From Cyanidioschyzon merolae (taxonomy: Eukaryota), in assembly GCA_000091205.1 (NCBI GenBank), contig AP006485.2: 64,000 bases of DNA; one strand, given 5' to 3'. The notes beneath the pieces were generated by a model. It searched no databases, was not told the DNA's origin, and saw only the letters and a list, made by a program, of their open reading frames with translations. Below, piece by piece: positions 44,901 through 57,792 of the stretch (position 1 is the stretch's first letter; the number at the start of each line of letters is the position of its first letter). Position numbers and translations under genes: made by a program.

Positions 44901-45452
44901 TCACTGCACTGCGCTCTGAGGCTGTTTCGCACTCAGTGCTTCTTCTAAAGCAAGCACAGTTGCATCCAGTGGTTCCGTCAGCACCACCACAGGTTGTTCC
45001 AGCAGACTTACAAGCTGTTCGACATATTCACGCGAAGGACGTAGCAGCTCCAGTACCGAGCGTGTCACGACGGGTACAGCACCGATGCGTGCCCCGACCA
45101 GCAGTGCACCTGGAATCGCTTGCTCTGTGTACTTGGTGACTCGGAGCCAGACGTCAGCGTTCTCACCAAAGACGACTAAAGCTGGACCACCTCGAAATAG
45201 CGGCAAAAGCGGTCGCTGGTTAGCACGTTCGAGCGCGATGCGTACCCACTTGGGAACAGCATACCGCACGTCGACTGAGGAGCCAAGCGCCCCGGTACCG
45301 TGCAAGATGCGCAGCCTTTGCTTCGTGCGTCCCCAGGCACTGTTCTGTGTGAGTGCAATCACACTAAAGTAGGTTGACTGGCGGCAAATACTTTCCCAGC
45401 GCTCGATCCAGAGTAGCTTACGTAGTACGCGAACGCTTAACGCACCAGTCAT
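44901..45452 (-). CDS. Hypothetical protein, weak resemblance to bacterial-type ribosomal protein bL10 (possibly an organellar r-protein)
   Basis: 'YAVPKWVRIALERANQRPLLPLFRGGPALVVFGEN...LLVGARIGAVPVVTRSVLELLRPSREYVEQLVSLLEQP' loosely parallels E. coli L10 '[37 protein letters not shown]...[36 protein letters not shown]'. Low confidence. Confidence 0.25.
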   Translation of the reverse strand: MTGALSVRVLRKLLWIERWESICRQSTYFSVIALTQNSAWGRTKQRLRILHGTGALGSSVDVRYAVPKWVRIALERANQRPLLPLFRGGPALVVFGENADVWLRVTKYTEQAIPGALLVGARIGAVPVVTRSVLELLRPSREYVEQLVSLLEQPVVVLTEPLDATVLALEEALSAKQPQSAVQ

Positions 45453-48400
45453 AGGCGTTCAAGCGTACCTGCGACATACCCGAGAAGCAACAGGCCTGAC
45501 AAGCGCTCCGCTGCAGTGCGTTTCTACGGGCGACGCAGGCGGCGCTGCACGTCGACGGTGGGGTGGCGGCGGTGCTGCAGCGACGGGGAGCACGACACAG
45601 GCCTTGTCTACGCTTGCTTGATGCTTTCAGAGGTTCACAGAACTGGATAGGTCCATAGTCGTGGTGTATATACGGGGCTTTGTTCTGTGGAGGTACCGAC
45701 GTTCCCTTTCTGTGAATCGGCGGGCGTGTATTCGATGTGATCGAATGTTAGACTACGAGTACGGTTGAATCCTCGGACAGAGCGATCGTCTGCGGTGGTT
45801 ATGGATGCGATTCTTTAGTCGTTCTGGAATGCGGACTCCTACCATATCCATGACCTACTCTTAAGGGGAGTATCCAATCAATCGACGCTACCCCGGCGGA
45901 TGAATGTTTTCACGACAGGAGTTTTCACGGGTTTCAGCATGATTCGCAGACTAAGCACGAAATCATATTTTAGGAGTTTCGCTCTGTACAAAACTGCTGG
46001 TCGCTCCGCAAGCACGAAACATCTCCCGATATTCATAGAGACTCCGATATTTCGGTGCAGAACGTGCTCGCACCTGTGGCTGCCAGTGGCATCATTCCAA
46101 AGCGTGCCTGTCATTGTCGATTGCCCCGTTATCTGAGGTTCAGTCAGCATCCGCTGTACCATGATGTGCTTCGGTCTCTGCTTTTCGCGCGTCTGCTTCG
46201 CTGTCCGCTTCACCGGGCACCCTGACTCGTGGAGCGCGTACGTCGACCCAGACGCATCGCTGGGAATCGTGCCGCATCCATGTGCATCCACAGTTGTACG
46301 CTCTCGTGGATGGAGCAGGAGTGCAGCCTTGGCATGCTATAGCGCATCGATTGCTCTGTGGTATCACGAAACGACACGATACGAACGATCGAAGGTTTCC
46401 TTCCCCGTCGCATGAAAAGCGTTGGTGAATGCACGCTTGTCGCCTGGGTAGCACTGGAACCGGTGGCGACCCAGCGCTGTCTCATTGACTCTTGCCGGAG
46501 ATCGTCCGTACGCGCCATTTTGGACGTCTCGGGATGCTCTAGGTGAAGCATCCGAAGCACTGGTGTCGGCGCGAGACTGTACGCAGAGCGTCGAGCTGCA
46601 GGATGGGTGGCTAGGGGCTATGGCGCCTCTGCTGCATCTCCTGGTATGCCGCATGGCGTTTATGACGCTCGACTCTCGATGACGGTGCGCTCTGGGAAAC
46701 TCGAGCCGCTTCATCTGCTTTCACCCAGGATGCAAGGCTCTGTCCTTTTGATCAATACCTATGGCGACGGGCACGACACGCCCACACAAGTAGGCATCCA
46801 AAGTCTTTCTCCAGTACTACCTCGAAGGGTGGAACGTGATTCTCGAGTTTCGAGGTAGGCATAGGTTTCAAAAAGGGCATGCACAGGGATATGAGGTCGC
46901 TTTCGATTTTCGATGTAAGCATCTTTCCATTTCCTCCATGTACTCGATAAATCTTACACAAACTCCGCCGACGCTCTTCTGCCGAGCTGCTCGAATGCTT
47001 CGTAGTTGATCGCAGAGACCAGGTGCTTCTTCGGCACCGACTTGTCTCGGCAAGGTGGCATGGCAGTGGTCGCTATACTTCATGTCCGTGACCTTCGTGG
47101 GATTTCGCACGTCGTGGATGAAGGCTACGACAACAACTCTCCTTTTCTACCTATGTCTAGACGGTTACTCAAGTACCTCTTCGTCACCTTCTCCGTCGCG
47201 AGCATGTCCACGGACTGAAGCTCGCCTTGCCGACCCCGCTTCGCACACGAACACTGAAACAGCACAGCAGTACAGGGCTGGTGAACCTCGAAACGACATG
47301 TCGCTGAATAGTGCCGTAGAGCCGAACGTCCCGTCTATGGATCCGTTCGCTCAAACGGGGCTATTGACAGCAACGCAAGGCGCTTCCTACGGGAAAGAAG
47401 CGGAGAGCACCCGCTTCCACCGCCAGCAGCTCAACGCCAGTCTCAGCTGCGTGCTCCTTCACCGCTTTCGAGTGAAGCAAAGTGACGTTTTCGAAAAACA
47501 GGACAAGAGAATGTACGGAGGCGAATCGAAGACGCATGCTTTCACGAAGAATGACTTGTTGAACGAGCCCATCTGTTTGGCGACCTGTGTGCGACCAAGC
47601 GACTGCATAGCCGGCACCGCTGCTACTATCGGGTGTTCGCTGGTCTCCTCTTGAAGAACTGCGGTTTGCGACTCTTTTTGAGAACCGGTGTCATACAGGT
47701 TTACCAATTTCTTCGACTCAATCCTTATCGAGTGAGCAGAAACTTCGCCCTTGAAATCTATGCACTCTCGTATCCGTCCGGAATCGATCACTCAAGTCGC
47801 TCTATGTGCAGTGCCCTCTCCCGGGGGAGCGCACGTTGCTTGTTGTCAGAGCCTGTCCCTTTATGAAAACTCTTTTCGACGACACAAATGCTCGACACCT
47901 TAATGATACATTGATCATACTCGTTAGACCAGGTGCGGGATCGGAATCGATTGACGTGGACAGAGCCGTCTACGTCGACTTTGTTCAGTTCTGTTTTGCG
48001 ACCGACCAACTTCATGATACGGTCGAGGGAAAGCATGGTTCATCCACCTGCTGCCAATAGAATGACGGACATGTGCGGGGTCGACCATTTATCGCAAGCG
48101 ATCCACACCAGCATCAAGGATTCCGCGCTTTTTTACCAATCCACAGCATTCATTTTTATCGATGAATACCTGCGAGAACAACAAATAGCAGTAAAAGAGC
48201 GTGCTCATCCAACTGTTCCAGAGTTCACTGCTCTAATGATCAAAGACTGACGTCGCGTCACTCGTACAAGCGAAACCGATGTCCTGAGTGGTTACGCAGC
48301 ACCCGTTCAAGCGAACTGGGCGCTCTCCACCATCCCGCCAACGCTTCCATCACGCCCGGGCATTCACACAGGTCTTCGAGAGGCGGAAACAAGGAACCCA

Positions 48401-48488
48401 GTGGCTTGCAAACCCTCTCCAGAGCAGCACACGAGTCCGCACAAGCAGTAAGGAGAATGGAGCTCTCCGTCCAGGAGCATACGCTCAT

Positions 48489-50675
48489 CTACGATGGCGT
48501 TCTGTCGCGAGTGGCGGTGTTCGCGCTGGTAGCAGCAGGCGGCACTAGCGGCACCCGATGCGCTTTCGACTTGTCTGCTGAACGCTCCTGCAGCTCATTC
48601 GTCGATAGGAGAGGTACTGGCGCCGGCAAACACGCACTGGATGTATCATTCGCTGCTCCGAGAACATCCACATAACGCTGACGTATGCTACGAGGTCTTG
48701 ACACCTGATTCCGAGTCGTCATCGACATTGTCGTCGTCCCTGGACACGATGCAGCAACTGGCGGCAATGCTCCAGGTAGCGTACGGGTACTTGACTCGGA
48801 GGCTACTGCACCCGACACTTGTTCCTTCGTTGCTGCTGCTGATGTTTCATTGCATCCAGCGGACTTGTGCGCCAGTTCCGCGTCGCTGGGCGGCGGCGCC
48901 AGCACAGCACCCCCTCCAGCGGCATCGACATCATCGGCAGCACATACCCAGCGACCTAGTTTGTCATCATAGTAGAATTTGTTCTCCAGACCCAGATTGG
49001 CCTGCTTACGGGCAAACAGGCCCCCGAGTATGCGCAGGGGTAGCAGACGCGACAAACCCTTCGCTTGTGGTGCCTCTGCTGATGCTGATGCGGCGGGTGG
49101 CTTCGTATCCGTAGCTGCTGGACAAGCAGCACGCTGTGGCACTTCATGGACTGCGACGCGTTCCTGGTGAGGATGCATTGCTGACGCAGGCAGCACCCTT
49201 GACTCGGTATCGGATCGTGACGATGCAGCAGCGGTATCCGTAATGTCTGGTGACGTAGAGGTAGCGCGCGCTGCAGGTGCATTTGCAAGCACTTGTGCGC
49301 GCTGCGAGGTACCAGAGTGTGTCGTGCTTGACCGATTTTCACTGAACGAGGCATTTTCGTTGCCGCCGTAACCAGCGTTCGACGAATGCTCCGCTGCTGG
49401 CGGTCTAGGAGCAGACAACGCTGGCGACGATGCCCATGACTGCGAGCAGGTCTCAGCGTCGGCTTCGACCGGTACCCGCTGCGTATCGCGTGCACTACTC
49501 GAGAACTGCATCTCTGCATCAGGCTCGCCGCAGTTGCTGTTGCTAGCACCGGCGGAATGATAAGACCCCGGATAGGGGCAGGGCTTCCAACGTTCTTGCT
49601 GTTGTTCTTGCTGCTGATCATCGTGCAACCCTGCCGATACGATGCTCAGCTGTTGGAAATCAGCACGTACAGCACGCTGCGGAGAAGCAACAACCTCGTC
49701 GACGCTGCTCGTGAGCCTCGCAGAGGCCGGTGTTGCATCCACGACAAGACGCTGCGTCGTTGCCTCTGCCGCCCTAGGCGAGCAGCGCAGATCCCCGTCA
49801 CCTGTGGCAATCGATCCGCGATGCCCCAGAGACAAGTCGCCATTCCATGTGTGGACTGCATCCAGCGCAGTTGGAGAGAGCTGCAGCGTGGATGCAGGTC
49901 CATGACTCGCAACGCCGCAGGCTGACGACGACGGCGACGACGACGACGACACTCTAACGCTTTGCTCCCTACAAGGTGAAAAGCTTGCAGCTGTCGCCTC
50001 TGCGGTGCTCTTCGCTCGACGCCACGATTGCATCCCAGGGGTTTGCGTCGCGGCTGCCTCGGGTGCAATGCAGTGCTTCCCTGGTATCGGGGTGCGCTCT
50101 TCAGCACTTTCGTTTCCAGCGATCACCGGTATCTGGTAGCGTTGCGCGAGCGCACAACGACCAACATCCTGCAACGCCTCCGCAAGCGACACATGCACCC
50201 AAGCAGTGAAGCGCGTCGAGCGTTCTCGATGCACTGCATCAGCACCAGAGGGGGCTTCTGGATCGAAGCGCTTCGACCAGAGCATCCGGTAAACCTCCCA
50301 GAAAATCAACCGGTACACCGGACAAGGCGCTGGCATCGATATGCGCGCAGCACCCGAGGCACAGGCCGCCAGTGAAGTTCCAGTTGCCTTTTGGTACAAG
50401 TCGCTGGTGCTGGCCTCGTTCAAGTGCTGGTGCAGTGTCGTTGACGTTGACGTTAAGGTTAATGATGAAAGTCTCGTTGCTGGTACCCCCGGTTCGATAC
50501 CCTTCAGAAGCAGGTCACAGAAAGCTGGTGACCAGGGCGACTCTGCGGCGATCATTCGACAGAGCATCTCACGATCTATATCCCAGTCGTGATCAGCAGC
50601 AGTCAGTGTTTCTGCGACGATAGAAAATGCCCTCGACAGTGCCGCTTGATGCCCAGACTCTACAACAGATCCCGA

Positions 50676-50717
<42 letters not shown>

Positions 50718-53700
50718 ACGCCAGGGCGAAAGGATCCAGAGGCAGTCCAAGAGCGCTTGCCAGGGCCATGCACCCCCGGATGGTGCAACCAGGCGCCTTG
50801 TTGCCGACCGAATGAGGTCTTCGTCGGCGATCATCACTGCCAGTAACAGGGCAAGCAAGGAATCGCGTGCGTAACCCGAAAGGAGCAGTTGTCGAATGGT
50901 CTGTACGCGCCAGTGCTGGGGCGCAGGTTCCTCTTCGTCGTCGTCGTCGTCGTCGTCGTCGTTGACGTCGTCGTCGGGAATGCTATGAAGGAGATGCCCG
51001 CTTGTCGCTGTCGAGCGTTCATCCGGTGGCCAGAGTCCGGCTTGCGCTTCGCTGACAAGTAGCGCCAGTGTCCAGTCATTGGCCTGTTGCGCAAGACGGA
51101 TCGCTGTGCGGTACTGACCGAACAGAAGCGCTCGTTCAATCTGTTTGACATGCGACTGGGACGCATCAACGCCCTCATCAGCACCAAGAACAACGACAGA
51201 TGCGGCAGCAGCGTCTACGCGATGCTCCTGCAACATATGGCATAGCGCTGGCGATAGCGGCAACATCGAATGCTTTCGCGATGCGCGATTCGCTCGACTT
51301 GATATCAGTGAGCGCTCACCCGATCCAGATGTAAAAGAAGCGACAGATTGACTATGCGACATTTCCGACACGTGCACGAGGTTGGGGAGCACCTGACAGA
51401 GGAGTCGGCAAAGCAACCGACTTGCCGAATCGTCGTTCTCGTGTCGTTCCCAGGTCGCTTCCAGGCGATCACCGAAACGCTCCAGCACTTGACTCAGCTC
51501 CAGAGGCTCATCCGTTTCCGGCAACCAGTGCACGAGTGCCGTCACGTCCACATCGATACCGTCGAGTTCGGACACCAGTGACCAAGTATGATAGACATGA
51601 ACATCCGTATTGAGCTGTTGCTCAGCTGGATCTGCGTGGTCGCTGCAGGAGCCCCGATCGCTATCGTTCGTCCATGGAGCTGTCCCTGGTATCGAGATCG
51701 GTATCGGTGTCGCTGAAAAGGCATCGTTGGCGCTGGGTAAGCTACAGAGTACGCGTGGCGCCGACAATGCGAAATAGCCCAAGGAGCTGAAGGCCGCGGT
51801 TGGGCACAGCGGTTTCCCAACTGGACTCCAGTTCGCCGCTTGAGAAGCCATCATGGCATTCGTTGCGAATGGCGATACCCCCGAGAACACGCTCGCACCA
51901 GCATCATTTGCAGCAGAAGCTGGTGGCGATGTTGACGTTCGCTGCAGAGACGATATCGCGGTCACCAACTTGTCGTCATTGTCGTCGTCGTGAGTGTGAA
52001 CGTGGTGCAGAGTCCGGGTTGCCTCCCGAGCGTCCCAGCGAGCACCATCGTTCACAGCAGAGTGTGCAGCAGCGTTCCCTGGAGATACTGAAGCTGGCGA
52101 CGCCTTCAACGATGCTACCGCGCTCGCCTGCGACCTGTGCTGCTCCCAGGAAGCTTGTGTCGACCGGCCAGCAAGTGCATCCTCCGTGTTCGCGTCGTCG
52201 ATGAGCCGCTCACGATCATCAGCACTATGAGCATCGGCACCTGGACGCATCACAGGCGCTGCTGCGAACTCGGAATGATGCTTGAGCGGGGGCCCTGCCC
52301 AGACACCCGTCTCGAATGCCGTATCTAGGCGCAGGCCTTGTGTGGAGGTGTCGGGTTGCTCAGCGAAGGCAACCATGGATGTTGTGAATGCTTCCTCACA
52401 AGTCTGCGCATCTGTGTTAGCAGCGGTGTCGCTTGGGGCAAGCGCTTGAAGCATTTGCTGTGGCTGCGCAGCGTCCGGCGCTGAAAAGAAAGCCGCGCCC
52501 TCCGTGATAGTGCCCCAGAGGGCCTGCCTGGTCCCCGGCGTTGCCGTTGCCGCAACATTCGTGGACGCCCAGGGAGCCTCGTGACCCCAGGGATGCTCGG
52601 CAGTCGACTCGCCGTCGTCGTCCGCAGTGCCGTCAACGTCGCTGTCGGCATTGGAGCGTTCACGGCGTTGTACCTGCTGCCTATGGTCCACGTGCACGGG
52701 GTCATCGGTCACCAACTCGGGTGAATACGTCTCCGCGAGGCGCAAACGATGCATTGCTTCAGCGCTGGCGTCATGTTCCGGAGTAGCGAGAGGCAGCTCG
52801 CGTCCATAGCCGGGACTATGTACGCTTGTCGAAGGAGAAGCTCGTGTCTTGTGCTGGGACGGCGTCCAGGAGCGACTCGAATCCTCACGCTGCGATGTCG
52901 GTTGCGGTGGCGTTTCTGCTTGCGGGCAAGTCGCGTGCATTTTCATTGCTGCAGCGCCTCCATCTGAACTCCATGAAAGCGGCAGCTGTGTTGCAGCATT
53001 AGAAGACGTATACAACGGATCATCGGTACTGCGTGGTGCATCAGTGCACGTTTCGGGTGATCTTGGAGAGCGACTCGCTCCGGAATGCTCGTCTGGTGAT
53101 GTGCTGGCGAATGACTGCTTTGCGACTGCTTCATCTGCTCCGGATCGACGATCCGGGGCCTTCGCCTGTGGCAAATATGAGACTTCGAACTGTAATTGGT
53201 GATGCTGAGACACAACGTCAGGGGTCGGGTCTGCAGGCTCGTTATCCGGGAGCGCACCTGAAAAGTCGATCGCACTCTGGTACAGTCGAGGTTGCGACAA
53301 GTTTGCGGGCGCTGTAGTTGCACGCGTTTCAGTATCACCACCAGCCGCAGACGTCCGCAGTGCGATAAACGTGTCCGCCACAGAAACGTTCGCATCCGTC
53401 AGCGACATTCGCGGTGCAACTTCCGTTTCCTGGACTGTCGGCAGCGGTGTCGCTATCGTCCAGGCGCGCAATTCTCCGTCTTTGGAATCGAAAGGATACC
53501 GTTGTTCTGGATCATCAGCATGTCTTTGGTGCGGAGAAGCGCCTCTCGAGCGCACGGGTTCCAGCGACGACAAAACCGGCAGGTGATCGCCTTGCTCACG
53601 CGAGTGGCCTACATGTGGAAGCTCGGAGCGTCGAGCCACAGTCGGATACCCGTGAAGTATCGTCTCAGCTGCCTCCGTTGACTGGTGCTCCCAGGGCGCC

Positions 53701-55448
53701 ATCTCTTCGTGATCAAACTCGTTTGCTCTGTATGCATCCGACGCCATTGTTTGCCGAGCCTCAGTCGCATCTTCCGCTAGCCAAGTGTCGTCGGCATTCT
53801 CCGAGTGCTGCGCAAGCTCTATCGCATCCCAACTGTCTATCGTTTGCATGGTAGCTTGCGCAACAGCAGCAGGATGCGCTCGATGGTGCGATGCTTGGAC
53901 CTGATCCCAGCCCCGATCCGCGTCATGAGGATGCAGCGTCACAGTAAGGGTGCTCTGCTGCTCTCGCGGATGCGGCAAGGAGTCTGAAGCGTCCAGCGGT
54001 GCTCGGTTACTCGCAACGGATTCGGCATCCAGTTCGTTGCGTGACAAAGTCCCGGAATATTCGTGCCCCCCTTGCCGAGGACTCGCTCGCGACTCACGAT
54101 CACGCATCGAATCCATACAGGGGCTCGTTTGTGCCGCTGACTGCACCTGTATAGTACTGCGATCACTTTGCACGCGAGGCAAATCCGGCGAATTCCAAGC
54201 ATCCTTATGTACAAGCGGCATGCTGTACGTACCCGTGCTTTTCTCTGCTGAGCTTCGAGATTCTTGTTCCGCTAGGGCTCGTTGCGGTGGAGACTTCATC
54301 GTCATCGAGGCTTGTGCGCATGCGGCATCGCATTCGTCTCCAATGGACAAGCCTGAATGATGCAAGGGTCCGCACGCGGTCTCGTGGGATGCCATGTGCC
54401 TCAACTGCGGTGATGAGGCACGCTTTTCGGGTCCCGTTAGGTAGCTTGATGAACGTGAGACATTCTGGATCTCGGATCGCGTGCGGCCTGGTTCAGCCTG
54501 GATCGACTCGCTTGCTTGTATTGTGTGAACCGGATTTTCAAGACTATCCGGAGCTCTCGGATACCTCGTCGGGTCTTGCAAGAGATCTCCGTCTCGAGGC
54601 GGATTCAAAACTCGTGTAGCAGGTGGATCCACCGGCCCGCCACTTGCTGCATCGTCCTCTCTGCGCTGCACGTTAGAGTCCTCGGGAGAACGCTCACCTC
54701 TTGTTCCCGATTCGCATTGCAGACGCTCCATGACCGTATGAATCCTTTCAACTACATGAGAGGATGGAGTTAGCGGTCTATCTGTATGCTGCTGCGCTCT
54801 CGCGAGTTGTCCAGCGGCCAGTGCGTTGCGCCCCATAGTTGTATTGTCTTCCGTCGCCGAAGTGGAAAGCGCTTCTACGTGAAAACCCTGCTCTATCCTT
54901 GTTGAAAGATTCTGCGACTCTTCACCAGACCATGATGGACTCATATACGGAGTAGAAGCTGATGCGGTACGGCTGTTAGCTTTGGAACGGAGCCTCCGTT
55001 CGTGCTCCTCTATGAGCCGCTGAGCCTCTGCACGCCTTTGGCGTATTCGCTCGAGAATGGCGGCTCCTCGAGCTGCCAGCGTCTCGCTCGACTCCACAGG
55101 CAAGCGCCCAACTTGGCTCTCTGTCAGCGTACTACTACTACTACTGGAAGCGAAACGCTCCAATGAGGCAGCTCGTCGAGCCGCTGCAATCTGCTCAGCA
55201 CGCCGCATAATAGCGACCGCGTGCGACTCGCGCTCTGTCCGCGCTTCTGGAGCTTCCCTGCCTGAGCTTCGGTGCCCCAGCTCCGAGTCAACGCCCATAG
55301 TTGCCGATGTCGCTACCGTCAGTACCGCTGATGCTCTTTCCTCAACAACAGGGCCACGATCAGTGGTTCTGTCCTGCGCAGGAGCAGGAGCACGCAGCCG
55401 CTGGGCCCCCAGACGAGAGCCTCGAGATTGCCGCGACGTCGTCGTCAT
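48489..55448 (-). CDS. SEC16: Giant (2319 aa) low-complexity protein, probable Sec16-like COPII ER-exit-site scaffold
   Basis: An uninterrupted 6.96-kb ORF. The C-terminal 'LLPLRILGGLFARKQANLGLENKFYYDDKLGRWV' matches the motif that follows the Sec16 central conserved domain ('...kFvYDeelkrWVN'). 'IERALLFGQYRTAIRLAQQANDWTLALLVSEA' resembles the Sec16 CCD helix 'ELLLsGrkkeAle.A...glWghALlLAs'. It has Q18 (CAG)n, D/E runs and very Ser/Ala/Pro-rich disordered regions. Opposite-strand and other-frame ORFs inside it are judged spurious. Confidence 0.5.
50687..50725. repeat. (CTG/CAG)13 coding microsatellite, the polyQ tract of the Sec16-like protein
   Basis: Perfect run 'gctgctgctg...' on the plus strand, which is CAG on the coding strand. 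Confidence 0.9.
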
Positions 55449-55646
55449 TCGTTTCTACAGTTGTGTTTCGAGCCCTCTCTGTTCACAACACCAAAATCAG
55501 TGGCCCTGGCACCGGAACACCGCGCAGTACCGAAGCGTTTCAGAATGTTATCGCCAAAGTCGTCGGTTCGCCTTGGCACGCGAATTCCCATGAACGCGCC
55601 GTCCAGCTTTTCAGCATAAACACACGTGACATGTTTGCGTCTCGAT

Positions 55647-56255
55647 GGGGATACACGCTGAGTTTCGCACTCCGGTATACCTAAAATAAGATTGCCTTTT
55701 TGTAGTGGTTTGCTTTTCTTACAGGGTTACACGCTGAGTTTCGCACTCCGGTATACCTGCAATAAGATTGCCTTTTTGTAGTGGTTTGCTTTCCTTACAG
55801 GGATACACGCTGAGTTTCGCACTCCGGTATACCTGCAATAAGATTGCCTTTTTGTAGTGGTTTGCTTTCCTTACAGGGATACACGCTGAGTTTCGCACTC
55901 CGGTATACCTGCAATAAGATTGCCTTTTTGTAGTGGTTTGCTTTCCTTACAGGGATACACGCTGAGTTTCGCACTCCGGTATACCTACAATAAGATTGCC
56001 TTTTTGTAGTGGTTTGCTTTCCTTACAGGGATACACGCTGAGTTTCGCACTCCGGTATACCTGGAATAAGATTGCCTTTTTGTAGTGGTTTGCTTTCCTT
56101 ACAGGGATACACGCTGAGTTTCGCACTCCGGTATACCTGCCATAAGATTGCCTTTTTGTAATGGTTTGCTTTCCTTACAGGGATACACGCTGAGTTTCGC
56201 ACTCCGGTATACCTGGAATAAGATTGCCTTTTTGTACTGGTTTGCTTTCCTTAAA
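55647..56255. repeat. 76-bp minisatellite, 8 tandem copies, about 200 bp upstream of the Sec16-like start codon
   Basis: Unit 'GGATACACGCTGAGTTTCGCACTCCGGTATACCTG[N]AATAAGATTGCCTTTTTGTAGTGGTTTGCTTTCCTTACAG'. The period was measured as 76 ('acgctgag' at 55655 and again at 55731). Copies are over 95% identical, with variation concentrated at one or two positions (cctAAaat/cctGCaat/cctACaat/cctGGaat/cctGCcat). Each unit contains an internal GGTATACC palindrome. Confidence 0.9.
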
Positions 56256-56954
56256 GTTGTTCAATGAAAATAGCGTATGATATGCATTCGGGAAAGGTCG
56301 GGAAAAGCGTTTTGTGACGGCAATGGTCGTGTGCGGAAAACGGTCGTACATAGGCAAGTCAGTTCCTACTTCTCCAGAAGGTGCATGAACCGCACTTGTC
56401 GATGTGCATCCATGATAGAACTTGTCGAAATCTATCAACACGAATACTCTTTTGATCACTCCAATTTAGTCCAAACGTTCCCCCAGAAATACGAGGAAAG
56501 AAGCTCCAGGATGTCAAGTGTTCATGCGGTTTAAAAGGTCGGTGCTGAAGCGACTCGGATGGACGGAACAAGAGATCGCTTTCCTTCCACCGTTGAATAT
56601 ACACAATCGATTTCGTAGTGAAACGCGAATACTTTTGACAGAAAGCACAGGTAATCGTCTGATTTGATGATTCTTAATTCGACATGAATTTAGAGACCTG
56701 TACATGGCTGCTCAAAGCGGCGTTAACCATATTTCAAAGGCAAGCAACGAGTGATCATGGTGACAACATGACCCTAAATGGTAATGCAGCCGCGCGGTCC
56801 ATGAAGTATCACGAAAAAAAGCACAGGATGATTTACCATCTTATCATTCGTCGAAGCGCACTTTGAGTCTTGTCCTTGTCATGTGTTATGCTCCTGCTCT
56901 TACAGAGCGCCACTTTTTATCTTACAGAAATGGTCGAGGAGTCCTCCTCTAGGA

Positions 56955-57646
56955 TTGGCGTTTTCTACGCTCCCTTCGTGCGAAACGGTGACGCACACCC
57001 TACTGGAATCGATCGCTCGGATGACTCCAGTTCTAGTACCGAATCCTTTCCCAAGCAAACAGAAGAGGCGGGAGCCCCGCAAGCAGCGCACCACATCATA
57101 CGGTACCCTGCTGCTCTGGAATGCCGTCTCGCCGATGAGCGCGAAGAGACAAGCATTTGTCTTTCGAATGCAATGGACCATTCGAAGCGACAAGTGACGT
57201 GAGCAATGGTCATGAGTTTGTGAACGAGTCGTCCATGGACGACGTCAAGGTTCTGGTATTGCTGGATAATCTAGGGACACAAATCGCTTCGCCCCTAGGG
57301 TGCCGTGAGAGAGCAACACTGAAGCGTTGAAGAGTGCACGATTAACGCGTGCTTCACGTACGGAGCTTTAAAGCGTGGGAGCTTGAACCAGTGACTCGGA
57401 TCATTATATCGAATATTCTACGAATCTTTATTCGATTGCGTCGTGAATCCCCCCGATCCCTGTAACGTAACAAATTCCAGCGGTACAGCGTCAAAGGAGG
57501 CATTCCGCGAAAAAATGGCGACCGATCGACAGCAAACTACTCATGAATCTACACGCTCCTGCCTGCTGCATTTCGCATGTCGAGACTGCGGAACTGCAAG
57601 TTCGGATAAATGGAAAAACAGGAACATAGAAAGCAGTAAAGCACTG
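56955..57646 (-). mobile_element. 690-bp internal fragment of the TnpB/Fanzor-like element family (copy D), in direct orientation and about 99% identical to copy C
   Basis: Only about 7 mismatches against 42931-43613 over about 690 bp. It has the same antisense coding remnant ('ALIGETAFQSSRVPYDVVRCLRGSRLFCLLGKGFGTRTGVIRAIDSSRVCVTVSHEGSV'). Identity ends at 'gcactg' (57646), as it does at 43613. Confidence 0.6.
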
Positions 57647-57792
57647 TATGTGAATCTCACCCGTCTCTTTATCACAAGCTCTCAGAATCGGACTCGGTGA
57701 CGTGTCGTGCGGTCCTGTCAGTGACAATCCTGTACCGTCGCTGTCGTCCTCGTCGAGCGACTCCGGTTACGCACCAGGCTTCCTCTGTTCAT

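Noticed and set aside
48641-55593. Numerous 60-220-aa ORFs on both strands inside the Sec16-like gene (for example 48956-49621, 55057-55593)
   Set aside because: All are nested within or antisense to the single 6.96-kb frame, are Arg/Ala/Pro-rich as expected for off-frame GC-rich reading, and none has family similarity.
42931-57646. Interpretation of the two 690-bp direct repeats as LTRs of an LTR retrotransposon
   Set aside because: The repeats correspond to an internal coding part of the TnpB/Fanzor-like element, not to terminal sequences. The 13 kb between them contains a cellular Sec16-like gene and no gag/pol/integrase.
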